From contig VBFI01000043.1 in NCBI GenBank assembly GCA_005889275.1, positions 1-63,197 on the forward strand: a stretch of DNA of 63,197 bases. Direction: 5' to 3'. How positions within the stretch are numbered: the first letter of the stretch is position 1; each line of letters opens with the position of its first letter. This stretch comes from Chloroflexota bacterium (GTDB taxonomy: Bacteria; Chloroflexota; Limnocylindria; P2-11E). A model generated the notes under the pieces. It was not told the DNA's origin. It saw only the letters and a list, made by a program, of their open reading frames with translations, and made no database searches. The translations under genes were made by a program, and so were the position numbers. Positions 55,350-63,197 of the stretch are shown here, one piece after another.

Positions 55350-55679
55350 GTGGCAGTCGCAACCGCACCCCAGCCCAAAGGGAAGCTCAAGCTCAGGCCG
55401 CTTGGCTCCCGCGTCGTGATCAAGGCCCTCGAGCGCGAGGAAGTCACGAAGAGCGGGATCGTCCTGCCGGACACCGCGAAGGAGAAGCCCCAGGAGGGCA
55501 AGATCCTGGCGGTCGGTCCCGGCGACCGGCACCCGGACACCGGCGAGCGCATCCCGGTGGAGCTCAAGGAGGGCGATCGCGTCCTCTTCCAGAAGTACGC
55601 GGGCACCGAATTCAAGCTCGACGACGAGGACCTTCTCATCTTGAGTGAGAAAGACGTCCTCGCGATCGTGCAGAACTAG
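55350..55679 (+). CDS. groES: Co-chaperonin GroES
   Basis: [11 protein letters not shown]...[34 protein letters not shown]. Confidence 0.95.
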   Translation: MAVATAPQPKGKLKLRPLGSRVVIKALEREEVTKSGIVLPDTAKEKPQEGKILAVGPGDRHPDTGERIPVELKEGDRVLFQKYAGTEFKLDDEDLLILSEKDVLAIVQN

Positions 55680-55691
55680 CGGGAGAACCAG

Positions 55692-57323
55692 ATGGCAAAA
55701 CAGCTCGTCTTCACTGACGACGCACGCAAGAAGCTCAAGGCTGGCATCGACACGATGGCCAACGCCGTCAAGACAACGCTCGGGCCCAAGGGCCGAAACG
55801 TCGCCGTCGACAAGAAGTTCGGCTCCCCGACCGTCACGCACGACGGCGTCACCGTCGCGCGCGAGGTCGAGCTCGAGGACCCCTTTGAGAACATGGGCGC
55901 GCAGCTTCTCAAGGAAGCGGCCACCAAGACGAACCACATCGCCGGCGACGGCACGACCACCTCGGTCGTCCTCGCGCAGGCGATCGTCCACGAGGGCCTG
56001 CGGAACATCGCGGCAGGCGCCAACCCGATGCTCCTGAAGCGGGGCCTCGAAAAGGGCGTCGCGGCGGTCGTCGAGGAGATCAAGAAGCAGGCGACGCCGG
56101 TGAAGGGCAAGGAAGAGATCGCCCAGATCGCGACCATCTCCGCGGCCGACAAGCAGATCGGCGAGCTCATCGCCGAAGTCATGGAGAAGGTCGGACGCGA
56201 AGGCGTCATCACCGTCGAGGAGTCCAAGGGGCTGCAGTTCGAGACCGAGTTCGTCGAAGGAATGCAGATCGACCGCGGGTACATCTCGGCGTACTTCGTC
56301 ACCAACGCCGACCGCATGGAAGCGGTCATCGAGGATCCCTACATCCTCATCACCGACAAGAAGATCTCGGCGATCACGGACATCCTCCCTGTGCTCGAGA
56401 AGCTCGTGCAGGTTTCGAAGAACCTCGTGATCGTCGCCGAGGACATCGACGGCGAGGCGCTCGCGACGCTCGTCGTGAACAAGCTCCGCGGCACGCTGAA
56501 CGTGCTCGGGGTGAAGGCACCCGGGTTCGGCGACCGCCGCAAGGCCATGCACGAGGACATCGCGATCCTCACCGGCGGACAGGTCATCACCGAAGAGGCC
56601 GGCAAGAAGATCGACGCGACCACGGTCCAGGACCTCGGCCGCGCTCGCCGCGTGACGGCGAACAAGGACGAGACCACGTTCGTCGAGGGCCACGGCTCTC
56701 AGGACAAGATCATGGCGCGCGTGAAGCAGATCAAGGCGCAGATCGAGGAGACCACCAGCGACTTCGACAAGGAGAAGCTCCAGGAGCGTCTCGCGAAGCT
56801 CGCCGGCGGCGTCGCCGTCATCAAGGTCGGCGCGGCCACCGAGGTGGAGCTCAAGGAGAAGAAGCACCGCGTCGAGGACGCGCTCTCGGCGGCCCGCGCG
56901 GGCGTCGAGGAGGGCATGGTCCCCGGTGGTGAGATCACGCTCATCAACGCGATCAAGGCGCTCGACACCGTGAAGGCCGAAGGCGACGAGAAGACCGGCG
57001 TGAACATCCTCCGCCGGGCGCTCGAGGAGCCCTTCCTCCAGCTCGTGCGCAACGCCGGCCAGGACGGATCCGTGGTCCTCGCGGACGTCCGCCGCAAGCA
57101 GATCGACACGAAGTCCCCGAGCTGGGGCTACGAGGTCATCAGCGGCCAGATCGTCGACCTGCCCAAGGCCGGGATCATCGACCCGGTCAAGGTCGTCCGA
57201 TCGGCGGTCGAGAACGGCGCGTCCATCGCGGCGATGATCCTCACGACCGAGGCGCTCATCACCGACCTTCCCGAGAAGGAGAAGGCTCCCGCGATGCCTC
57301 CGGGCGGCGGGATGGACTACTAG
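55692..57323 (+). CDS. groEL: Chaperonin GroEL
   Basis: AGDGTTT and [13 protein letters not shown] motifs, C-terminal GGM-type tail (PPGGGMDY). Confidence 0.97.
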   Translation: MAKQLVFTDDARKKLKAGIDTMANAVKTTLGPKGRNVAVDKKFGSPTVTHDGVTVAREVELEDPFENMGAQLLKEAATKTNHIAGDGTTTSVVLAQAIVHEGLRNIAAGANPMLLKRGLEKGVAAVVEEIKKQATPVKGKEEIAQIATISAADKQIGELIAEVMEKVGREGVITVEESKGLQFETEFVEGMQIDRGYISAYFVTNADRMEAVIEDPYILITDKKISAITDILPVLEKLVQVSKNLVIVAEDIDGEALATLVVNKLRGTLNVLGVKAPGFGDRRKAMHEDIAILTGGQVITEEAGKKIDATTVQDLGRARRVTANKDETTFVEGHGSQDKIMARVKQIKAQIEETTSDFDKEKLQERLAKLAGGVAVIKVGAATEVELKEKKHRVEDALSAARAGVEEGMVPGGEITLINAIKALDTVKAEGDEKTGVNILRRALEEPFLQLVRNAGQDGSVVLADVRRKQIDTKSPSWGYEVISGQIVDLPKAGIIDPVKVVRSAVENGASIAAMILTTEALITDLPEKEKAPAMPPGGGMDY

Positions 57324-57350
57324 CCGCTCAGCTCACGTCGAAGCCGCGTC

Positions 57351-57383
57351 GAGGCCCGCTCTCCGGAGCGGGCCTCTCTTTTT
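57351..57383 (+). terminator. Intrinsic terminator of groEL
   Basis: 11-bp stem GAGGCCCGCTC / GAGCGGGCCTC, 4-nt loop, then TCTTTTT. It overlaps the stop codon of the convergent anti-sigma gene. Confidence 0.8.
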
Positions 57384-58143
57384 ACGGGACGGCCGGAGTC
57401 GGCGCCGTCGCGATGCGGGACTCCATGACCACCTGACCCGAGCGCGCACCCCACGACGAGTCCTCGAGCGTCACCGCGCAGCGGTCGAAGCCGGAGACCT
57501 CCATGGTGATCGGCACCGCTTGAAGGTCGCGACCATTCGGATGAAAGGAAGCGGCGCGCGCCCAGGTGCTGTCCGGGCTGACCAGCCACACGGTGAGCAC
57601 CTTTCCCGACGCGACCGGCGGCAGGTCGTGGAAGAGCACGAACGGCGCATATCCGTCGGCACGCGGGTCGACGAGAGTGCCACCCGCGCCGGCGAACGCG
57701 TCCTTTCCGGCCATGTACCACCAGCGGCCTCCCTGCCGGAGGCCCTCGAGCGTCGCGTAGAGGTCGTTGCGCTCGCTCGCGGCCGTGTCCAGGCGGCGGT
57801 ACGCGTCGAGATCGACCGCACCCAGCACGACGACCGCGGCCACCAGCGCAGCGAGGCCGACACGCGAGAGACGGACTCGGCCGAGCGACCAGGGCACCGG
57901 CGATGGTCGGCGCCCGACGACGGCCCCGGCCCTCGCGGCCGCGAGCAACCGGTCGCGCAGCGCGGCGCTGGGCTCACGCGACGGAACCGCATCGGGAAGC
58001 GTGCTCACGACCTCGGCGAGAGCCGCGGCCTCGGCGCGACACGGGGAGCATTCGGCGATGTGCGCCGCAACCCGCTCGGCATCGGTCTCGGTGAGCGCGC
58101 CGAGCGCGTAGGCGTCGAGATCGTCGATGACGTGCTCGTTCAC
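57382..58143 (-). CDS. Anti-sigma factor, zf-HC2 / RskA-type, single TM
   Basis: N-terminal H..ECSPC zinc motif, a central TM helix and an extracytoplasmic RskA-like domain. 4-nt overlap with the sigma gene. Confidence 0.8.
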   Translation of the reverse strand: MNEHVIDDLDAYALGALTETDAERVAAHIAECSPCRAEAAALAEVVSTLPDAVPSREPSAALRDRLLAAARAGAVVGRRPSPVPWSLGRVRLSRVGLAALVAAVVVLGAVDLDAYRRLDTAASERNDLYATLEGLRQGGRWWYMAGKDAFAGAGGTLVDPRADGYAPFVLFHDLPPVASGKVLTVWLVSPDSTWARAASFHPNGRDLQAVPITMEVSGFDRCAVTLEDSSWGARSGQVVMESRIATAPTPAVP

Positions 58144-58691
58144 CGCGTCCGCTCCAGGACCCGCCGCATCTTCTGAAGCCCGATGCGCATCCGGCCCTTC
58201 ACGGTCCCGAGCGGCACGCCCATGAGCTCCGAAAGCTCGACGTGCGTGTAGCCGCCGAAGTACGCCAGCTCGATCGTCCGTCGCTGCGCCGGGGGCAGGC
58301 CCTCGAGGGCGTCGCGAACGGTCTTGTGCTCGACGTTGCGCTCGGCGGAGACGGCCGTGTCCTCATCGCCGGGCTGCAGCTCGGCCGCCTCGAGCGGGGC
58401 CGGTCGAAAGGTGGTCTTGCGGCGGAGGATGTCGACCGCACGGTGATGGACGATCGAGAGGAGCCAAGCCCGGGGGTTGCCACGTTCGCGGCGGTATCCG
58501 GTCGCGCCGCGCCAGGCCGAGAGGAACGCGTCCTGGACCACGTCCTCGGCCGACTCGCTCTCGCCGAGGATGCGGTACGCGAGGGAGTACGCCAGACGGC
58601 CATACCGGTCGTAAAGGGCGGCGAGCGCGCCAAGATCGCGCTCGGCGAGAGACCGGAGAAGTGCGTCGTCGGACGGCTGTGGGTCAGGCAC
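58140..58691 (-). CDS. ECF-type RNA polymerase sigma-70 factor
   Basis: Region 2 (DVVQDAFLSAW) and region 4 (LPPAQRRTIELAYFGGYTHVELSELMGVPLGTVKGRMR). Confidence 0.9.
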   Translation of the reverse strand: MPDPQPSDDALLRSLAERDLGALAALYDRYGRLAYSLAYRILGESESAEDVVQDAFLSAWRGATGYRRERGNPRAWLLSIVHHRAVDILRRKTTFRPAPLEAAELQPGDEDTAVSAERNVEHKTVRDALEGLPPAQRRTIELAYFGGYTHVELSELMGVPLGTVKGRMRIGLQKMRRVLERTR

Positions 58692-59056
58692 CTTGCTGAA
58701 TGTACGGTGGACGGACAGCCGCGGATGTCATGGTGGGGGAAAAGAAAGCGTCCCGAGCGACCTGCCTCCGTGCCCTACCGCAGCTTCGAAGCTCTGCGGC
58801 CTGGCCGTGGAGCCGATCCTCGATATCCTCTCGGACCGCCTTTGATGCTATCTCCGGTTGCGCTCCCGGGGACCGGTGCCCTTGATGGAATCTCGGACCC
58901 GTTCCCTTTAGCAGACCCCTCGGGACGAGAGGAAATCTACGGTCCGCCCAGTCGCCGAGCAACGGACTTATCCACCAAATCGAGACGCCGCCACGAAAAT
59001 TTGTCCACGACTTCAGCGCGCTTTTCCACCATCCGTCAACACGCGGCCGCGATTCC

Positions 59057-59062
59057 TACGAT
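59057..59062 (+). promoter_or_regulatory. -10-like TACGAT, 6 nt upstream of the pcrA GTG 59069 (leaderless signature)
   Basis: TANNNT + N6 + GTG. Confidence 0.4.
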
Positions 59063-59068
59063 GGAGGC

Positions 59069-61330
59069 GTGGCCGACCCGATCCTCGATCCGCTGAATCC
59101 CGAGCAGCGCGCCGCCGTGAGCCACGGCGACGGGCCGCTGCTGATCCTCGCCGGCGCGGGTTCTGGAAAGACCCGCGTGCTGACGCATCGGATCGCCTAT
59201 CTGATCCGCGATCTGGCCGTCCCGCCGAGCGCCATATTGGCCGTGACTTTCACGAACAAGGCCGCCCGCGAGATGCGCGAGCGACTCGACCGCCTCGTCG
59301 GCAAGGAGCGGCTCGCCGAGCTGACGGTCGGCACCTTCCACGCGTTCTGCGCGCGACTCCTCCGCCGCGAAGGACCGCTCGTCGGGATCGAACGCTCGTT
59401 CGCGATCTACGACGAGGCCGACCAGCGGGCGGTGCTGCGCCAGGCGATGAGCGAGACGAACGCCAGCGAGAAGATCTTCGCTCCAGGCGCGGTCTCGAAC
59501 GTCATCTCCGGCGCCAAGAACGAGCTTCGCGGCCCCGCTGACCTGGCGAGCAGCCCGAAGGGACAGCTCGACCGGATCGCGGCCATCGTGTGGAAGCGGT
59601 ACGACGAGCTCCTTCGAGAGAACAACGCCGTCGACTTCGACGACCTCCTGCTCCTCGGCTGCCGGTTGTTCGAGACGTCCGACCGCGCGCTCGAGCGCTG
59701 GCAGGACCGCTACCAGCACATCCTCGTGGACGAGTACCAGGACACCAACCGTGCGCAATACGTGCTCCTCCGCTATCTCGCCGGGTACCGCCAGAACCTC
59801 GCCGTCGTCGGCGACGACGACCAATCGGTTTTCAGCTGGCGCGGCGCCGACGTGCGCAACATCCTCGACTTCGAACGCGATTACCCGAACGCGAGAGTGG
59901 TCAAGCTCGAGCAGAACTATCGGTCGACCCAGCGGATCCTCGACGCGGCGCATTCGGTCGTCCGCAACAACGCGGCGCGCAAAGAAAAGAAGCTCTGGAC
60001 CGATCGTCTTGGTGGCCACGACCTCGTGGTGATGCAGGCCTACGACGAGTCGCACGAGGCCGAGCTCGTGGCACGCGAGATCGAGCGGCTGCAACGCGAG
60101 GGTGAGGCGCACGGAACGCGGGACGTCGCGATCCTCTACCGGACGAACGCGCAGTCCCGCGCGATCGAGGACACCTTCCGGGCGTTCGGCCTCGCCTACC
60201 AGATCGTCGGCGGCGTCTCCTTCTATCAGCGGCGCGAGGTGAAGGACACGCTCGCGTACCTCCGGCTCATCCGTAATCCGCAGGACGCGTTCGCGCTCGG
60301 ACGCGTCGTCAACACGCCGCCTCGCGGCCTCGGCGACAAGAGCCGGGCCGCGCTCCTCGCCTTCGCGCGCGAGCGCGAGATCAGTCTCGGCGAGGCGCTC
60401 ACCGAGGCCGGCCAGATCCCCAACATCCAGAAGCGCCAGCAGGAAGCGCTCATGGGCTTCGGCAGGCTCATGGAGCGGCTTCGTGCCGAGGCCGAGCGGC
60501 TCGAGCTGCCGCGGCTCATCGACGAGGTCGTCGCTCAGGCCGGATTCACCGCGTACCTGCGCGACGGCACCGAGGAAGGTGAGGAGCGCTGGGCGAACGT
60601 GCTCGAGCTGCGGACGCTCGCCGAGGACTACGCCGCGATCCCGCAGGACGAGCAGCTCCCGACCTTCCTCGAGGAGATCGCGCTCGTGTCCGACGTCGAC
60701 GAATACCAGGACGCCAAGCCGGCGGCGACGCTCATCACCATGCACGCCGTGAAGGGACTCGAGTTCCCGATCGTGTTCCTCACCGGGATGGAGGAAGGCG
60801 TGTTCCCGCACATGCGTGCCATCGACAGCGGCAGTGAGGCCGAGCTCGAGGAGGAGCGCCGCCTCTGTTACGTCGGCATCACGCGCGCGAAGGATCGCTG
60901 CTATCTGACGTACGCGCGGCGGCGCACGCTCTTCGGCCGCACGAACATGAACCCGCCCTCGCGGTTCTTGATGGAGCTTCCGAGCGAAGGCGTCGAGCTT
61001 CGCGGCAACGTCGAGACAGAGGAGCGCGACTCGTGGGCCGAGCTCGATTGGGAGCGCGACCGCGTGCGCTACGAGGAGCGCAAGCAGGCGCGGCGCGACG
61101 CGATGCTCGCCGGCCTGCCGGCGGCCTGGTCCGGTCGGGCGGCCAAGCTCCGCGTCGTGGCCGGCGACACCAGCTTCCGCGCGGGCGACCGGGTCCGGCA
61201 TCCGTCGCTCGGCGAAGGAATGGTCGTGTCGAGTGTGGCGCGCGACGACGACGAGGAAGTCACTGTCGCGTTCCCGGACAAGGGCGTGAAAAAGCTCATG
61301 GCCAGCTTCGCCAAGCTAGCGAGGGCCTAG
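59069..61330 (+). CDS. pcrA: ATP-dependent DNA helicase PcrA/UvrD
   Basis: LNPEQRAAV, AGAGSGKT, DEYQDTN, QNYRST, VGITRAK motifs. GTG 6 nt after TACGAT. Confidence 0.92.
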   Translation: MADPILDPLNPEQRAAVSHGDGPLLILAGAGSGKTRVLTHRIAYLIRDLAVPPSAILAVTFTNKAAREMRERLDRLVGKERLAELTVGTFHAFCARLLRREGPLVGIERSFAIYDEADQRAVLRQAMSETNASEKIFAPGAVSNVISGAKNELRGPADLASSPKGQLDRIAAIVWKRYDELLRENNAVDFDDLLLLGCRLFETSDRALERWQDRYQHILVDEYQDTNRAQYVLLRYLAGYRQNLAVVGDDDQSVFSWRGADVRNILDFERDYPNARVVKLEQNYRSTQRILDAAHSVVRNNAARKEKKLWTDRLGGHDLVVMQAYDESHEAELVAREIERLQREGEAHGTRDVAILYRTNAQSRAIEDTFRAFGLAYQIVGGVSFYQRREVKDTLAYLRLIRNPQDAFALGRVVNTPPRGLGDKSRAALLAFAREREISLGEALTEAGQIPNIQKRQQEALMGFGRLMERLRAEAERLELPRLIDEVVAQAGFTAYLRDGTEEGEERWANVLELRTLAEDYAAIPQDEQLPTFLEEIALVSDVDEYQDAKPAATLITMHAVKGLEFPIVFLTGMEEGVFPHMRAIDSGSEAELEEERRLCYVGITRAKDRCYLTYARRRTLFGRTNMNPPSRFLMELPSEGVELRGNVETEERDSWAELDWERDRVRYEERKQARRDAMLAGLPAAWSGRAAKLRVVAGDTSFRAGDRVRHPSLGEGMVVSSVARDDDEEVTVAFPDKGVKKLMASFAKLARA

Positions 61331-61382
61331 CGAGCCGACCGGGTGGGGCACGAACGGCACGCTGCTTGCCTGTGGGGCGCAC

Positions 61383-62495
61383 GTGCGGGGACGAGAGGGA
61401 GTTCGCCGGCGCGCGCGGCGCATCCAGGTGCGCGTTCCGCTCACACGGTCGAGTGATCTCTCCGTCGGTTTCTTCGTGCGGTCGTCGCGGCGCCGCCGTG
61501 GGAAGCGCGGCGCGATCCGGCGATGGGCCCACACCGCCGCTATCGCGGCGTGCATCGTCGTCGCGGCCCTGACCCCGGTCGCCACCGTGGCCGGCGCGAA
61601 CGAGCTCACCCGGGTGGCCGCCGTGGCCTGGGGCGAGCCGCGCGCGGCCCCGCTCGTCACGCGGGAGTACGAGCCGCCCCGGCCGGTCCTGTATGCGCGA
61701 CACGCGCCGATAACCGCCATTCGCGAGGATCCGCCGGCGCTCGAGGCGCATGTGGTCGGTCGGGGCGAGACGCTCCTCTCGATCGCCGCGGGGTACGGCA
61801 TCACCCCGCAGACCCTCGCCTACAACAATGGCCTCGCCGACACGGCCTCATTGCGCGACGGCCAGGCGCTGGTGGTGCCACCGCTCGACGCGGCGATCTA
61901 TGTCGTGCGCGAGGGCGAGACGATCGCCGACATCGCGACGCGTTTCGGCGCCGACCCGGGCGAGGTCCGCGACCTCAACCGCGTCGCGTACGAGCCGACC
62001 GACGTCACCGACGGCCGGGTGCTCCTCGTTCCCGTCCCGGACGGTCGTTTCCCCGGCTTCCGCCTGCGCGTGACCGACGCTCCGCGCGTCCTCGCGCCGC
62101 ACGTCCTCTGGCCGACCGCGGGTGTCGTGACGCAGCTCTTCTCGGCATCGCATACCGGGGTCGACATCGCCGCGCCGTACGGATCGCCGATCGTCGCGAG
62201 CGACGCCGGGACCGTGACCGAGGTGGGATGGCGTGGCCCCGGTGGCCTGTCCGTGTGTGTCCTCCACGACTGGGGCCTGGAGACGTGTGACTACCACGCC
62301 TCCGCGGTCAACGTCGAGCTCGGCGAGCGCGTCGCGCGCGGCGAGCGGATCGCGTCGGTCGGATCGACAGGCACCTCGACCGGTCCCCACGTGCACTGGG
62401 AAGCGCGCACGAACGGCGTCCTCGTCGATCCGATGACCTACGCGCCGACGACCGCCGTGGTGACGAAGGTCGGTGGAGCTACCGGCCAGCCCTGA
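61383..62495 (+). CDS. LysM (x2) - M23 peptidoglycan hydrolase
   Basis: Two LysM repeats (GETLLSIAAGYGI...; GETIADIATRFGA...) and M23 motifs (HTGVDIAAP, GSTGTSTGPHVHWE). The exact start is uncertain. Confidence 0.8.
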   Translation: MRGREGVRRRARRIQVRVPLTRSSDLSVGFFVRSSRRRRGKRGAIRRWAHTAAIAACIVVAALTPVATVAGANELTRVAAVAWGEPRAAPLVTREYEPPRPVLYARHAPITAIREDPPALEAHVVGRGETLLSIAAGYGITPQTLAYNNGLADTASLRDGQALVVPPLDAAIYVVREGETIADIATRFGADPGEVRDLNRVAYEPTDVTDGRVLLVPVPDGRFPGFRLRVTDAPRVLAPHVLWPTAGVVTQLFSASHTGVDIAAPYGSPIVASDAGTVTEVGWRGPGGLSVCVLHDWGLETCDYHASAVNVELGERVARGERIASVGSTGTSTGPHVHWEARTNGVLVDPMTYAPTTAVVTKVGGATGQP

Positions 62496-62498
62496 GCG

Positions 62499-62957
62499 CT
62501 ACCGGCGCTGGATGTCGAATGGTCCGGCGCGAACGCGATCGACTCTCACCAGTACCGCGGCACCCTGCCGATCCTTGTCCATGTCCTTCTCGATCTGCAG
62601 GACGCGGTCCCAGATGCGTTCGACCAGCCGCGGATCGTCGACCACACGCGCCTCGCCGTAGAAGCGGAGCGTCCGCCGGTCGCGCCCGGGGTTGCGGACG
62701 AAGACCGCCACCTTCGGGTTCGCCGAGAGCGCCGCATAGGTCTCGCGTTTCGCGCGCTCCCACCAGGCGAGGTGATCCCGGTCCCAGACCATGAGGCTTC
62801 CTTTGAGCGCGATGTCGGGCTGCCCGTCCTGCGCCGTCGCCACCAGACCCGTCGTCAGGGCGGCCTCGTGATCGATCCGTGCGGTGTCGACGATCGCCGC
62901 GAACGCCAGCAGGTCGATCTCGGTCACCGGCGGAGGACCTGGCGGCGCGGATGCCAT
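62499..62957 (-). CDS. Pyridoxamine 5'-phosphate oxidase-family (FMN/F420-binding split-barrel) protein
   Basis: About 150 aa with the typical LATVDxDGxP-like (LVATAQDGQPDI) and ...RTLRFYGEARV pattern. ATG 62957. Confidence 0.65.
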   Translation of the reverse strand: MASAPPGPPPVTEIDLLAFAAIVDTARIDHEAALTTGLVATAQDGQPDIALKGSLMVWDRDHLAWWERAKRETYAALSANPKVAVFVRNPGRDRRTLRFYGEARVVDDPRLVERIWDRVLQIEKDMDKDRQGAAVLVRVDRVRAGPFDIQRR

Positions 62958-62972
62958 CGCCGGCGACGCTAG

Positions 62973-63197
<225 letters not shown>

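Noticed and set aside
57523-57537. AAGGTCGCGACCATT, partly resembling the island operator
   Set aside because: Only the right half-site matches. It lies inside the anti-sigma coding region and far from the island.
58692-59068. Chromosomal replication origin (oriC)
   Set aside because: There are only three decent DnaA-box-like 9-mers. There is no AT-rich unwinding element and no dnaA, dnaN or rpmH nearby. A regulatory or titration site is more plausible.

Overview
Very GC-rich chromosomal segment. By eye it is well over 65 % G+C, with third codon positions almost always G or C. The source looks like a Gram-positive-type (Terrabacteria-like) bacterium: lipobox substrate-binding proteins, a CIRCE-controlled groESL, an F420-type LLM oxidoreductase and many leaderless GTG genes. 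I call 59 protein genes. I found no rRNA, tRNA, CRISPR array, transposase or integrase.

Layout:
- (i) 1-6.8 kb: housekeeping genes (ybdK-like ligase, DinB, M28 peptidase, metG, tatD, DUF4349 lipoprotein).
- (ii) 6.9-12.0 kb: one translationally coupled respiratory operon. It encodes a caa3-type cytochrome oxidase (CtaC with fused cytochrome c, CtaD, CtaE, small TM protein), a Rieske protein and a cytochrome b with a fused C-terminal cytochrome c.
- (iii) 12.1-15.8 kb: membrane spermidine-synthase-like protein, GNAT, LLM oxidoreductase.
- (iv) 15.9-50.1 kb: a large catabolic island, the most interesting part of the window.
- (v) 50.2-63.2 kb: M23 peptidase, Nudix, enolase-superfamily enzyme, GGDEF sensor, groES/groEL, ECF sigma/anti-sigma pair, pcrA, LysM-M23 peptidase, PNPOx-like protein and the start of ligA.

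The island contains:
- a BoxB-like plus a PaaA-like di-iron oxygenase pair, an aryl-CoA ligase, and a four-gene molybdenum hydroxylase (CoxS/M/G/L-like);
- two NitT/TauT-type ABC importer cores and four paralogous lipoprotein SBPs, including two tandem SBP+ThDP-enzyme modules;
- three UbiD-family decarboxylases, UbiX, a flavin-reductase remnant, a class II aldolase and a fused two-domain family III CoA-transferase;
- a type-2 IPP isomerase and a FadR-type GntR regulator.

A 15-bp palindrome, AATGGT-N3-ACCATT, occurs in all five promoter regions of the island, including upstream of gntR itself. This argues for a single regulon for an aromatic or aryl-carboxylate substrate routed through CoA thioesters and prFMN-dependent decarboxylation. 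The substrate is unknown.

Other signals:
- a recurrent TAGSCT-N6-GTG leaderless-promoter signature;
- at least four genes whose conserved N-termini lie upstream of any ATG/GTG/TTG (likely CTG or ATA starts);
- a DnaA-box-like cluster upstream of pcrA.

All functional calls come from motif recognition by eye. No database search was run.
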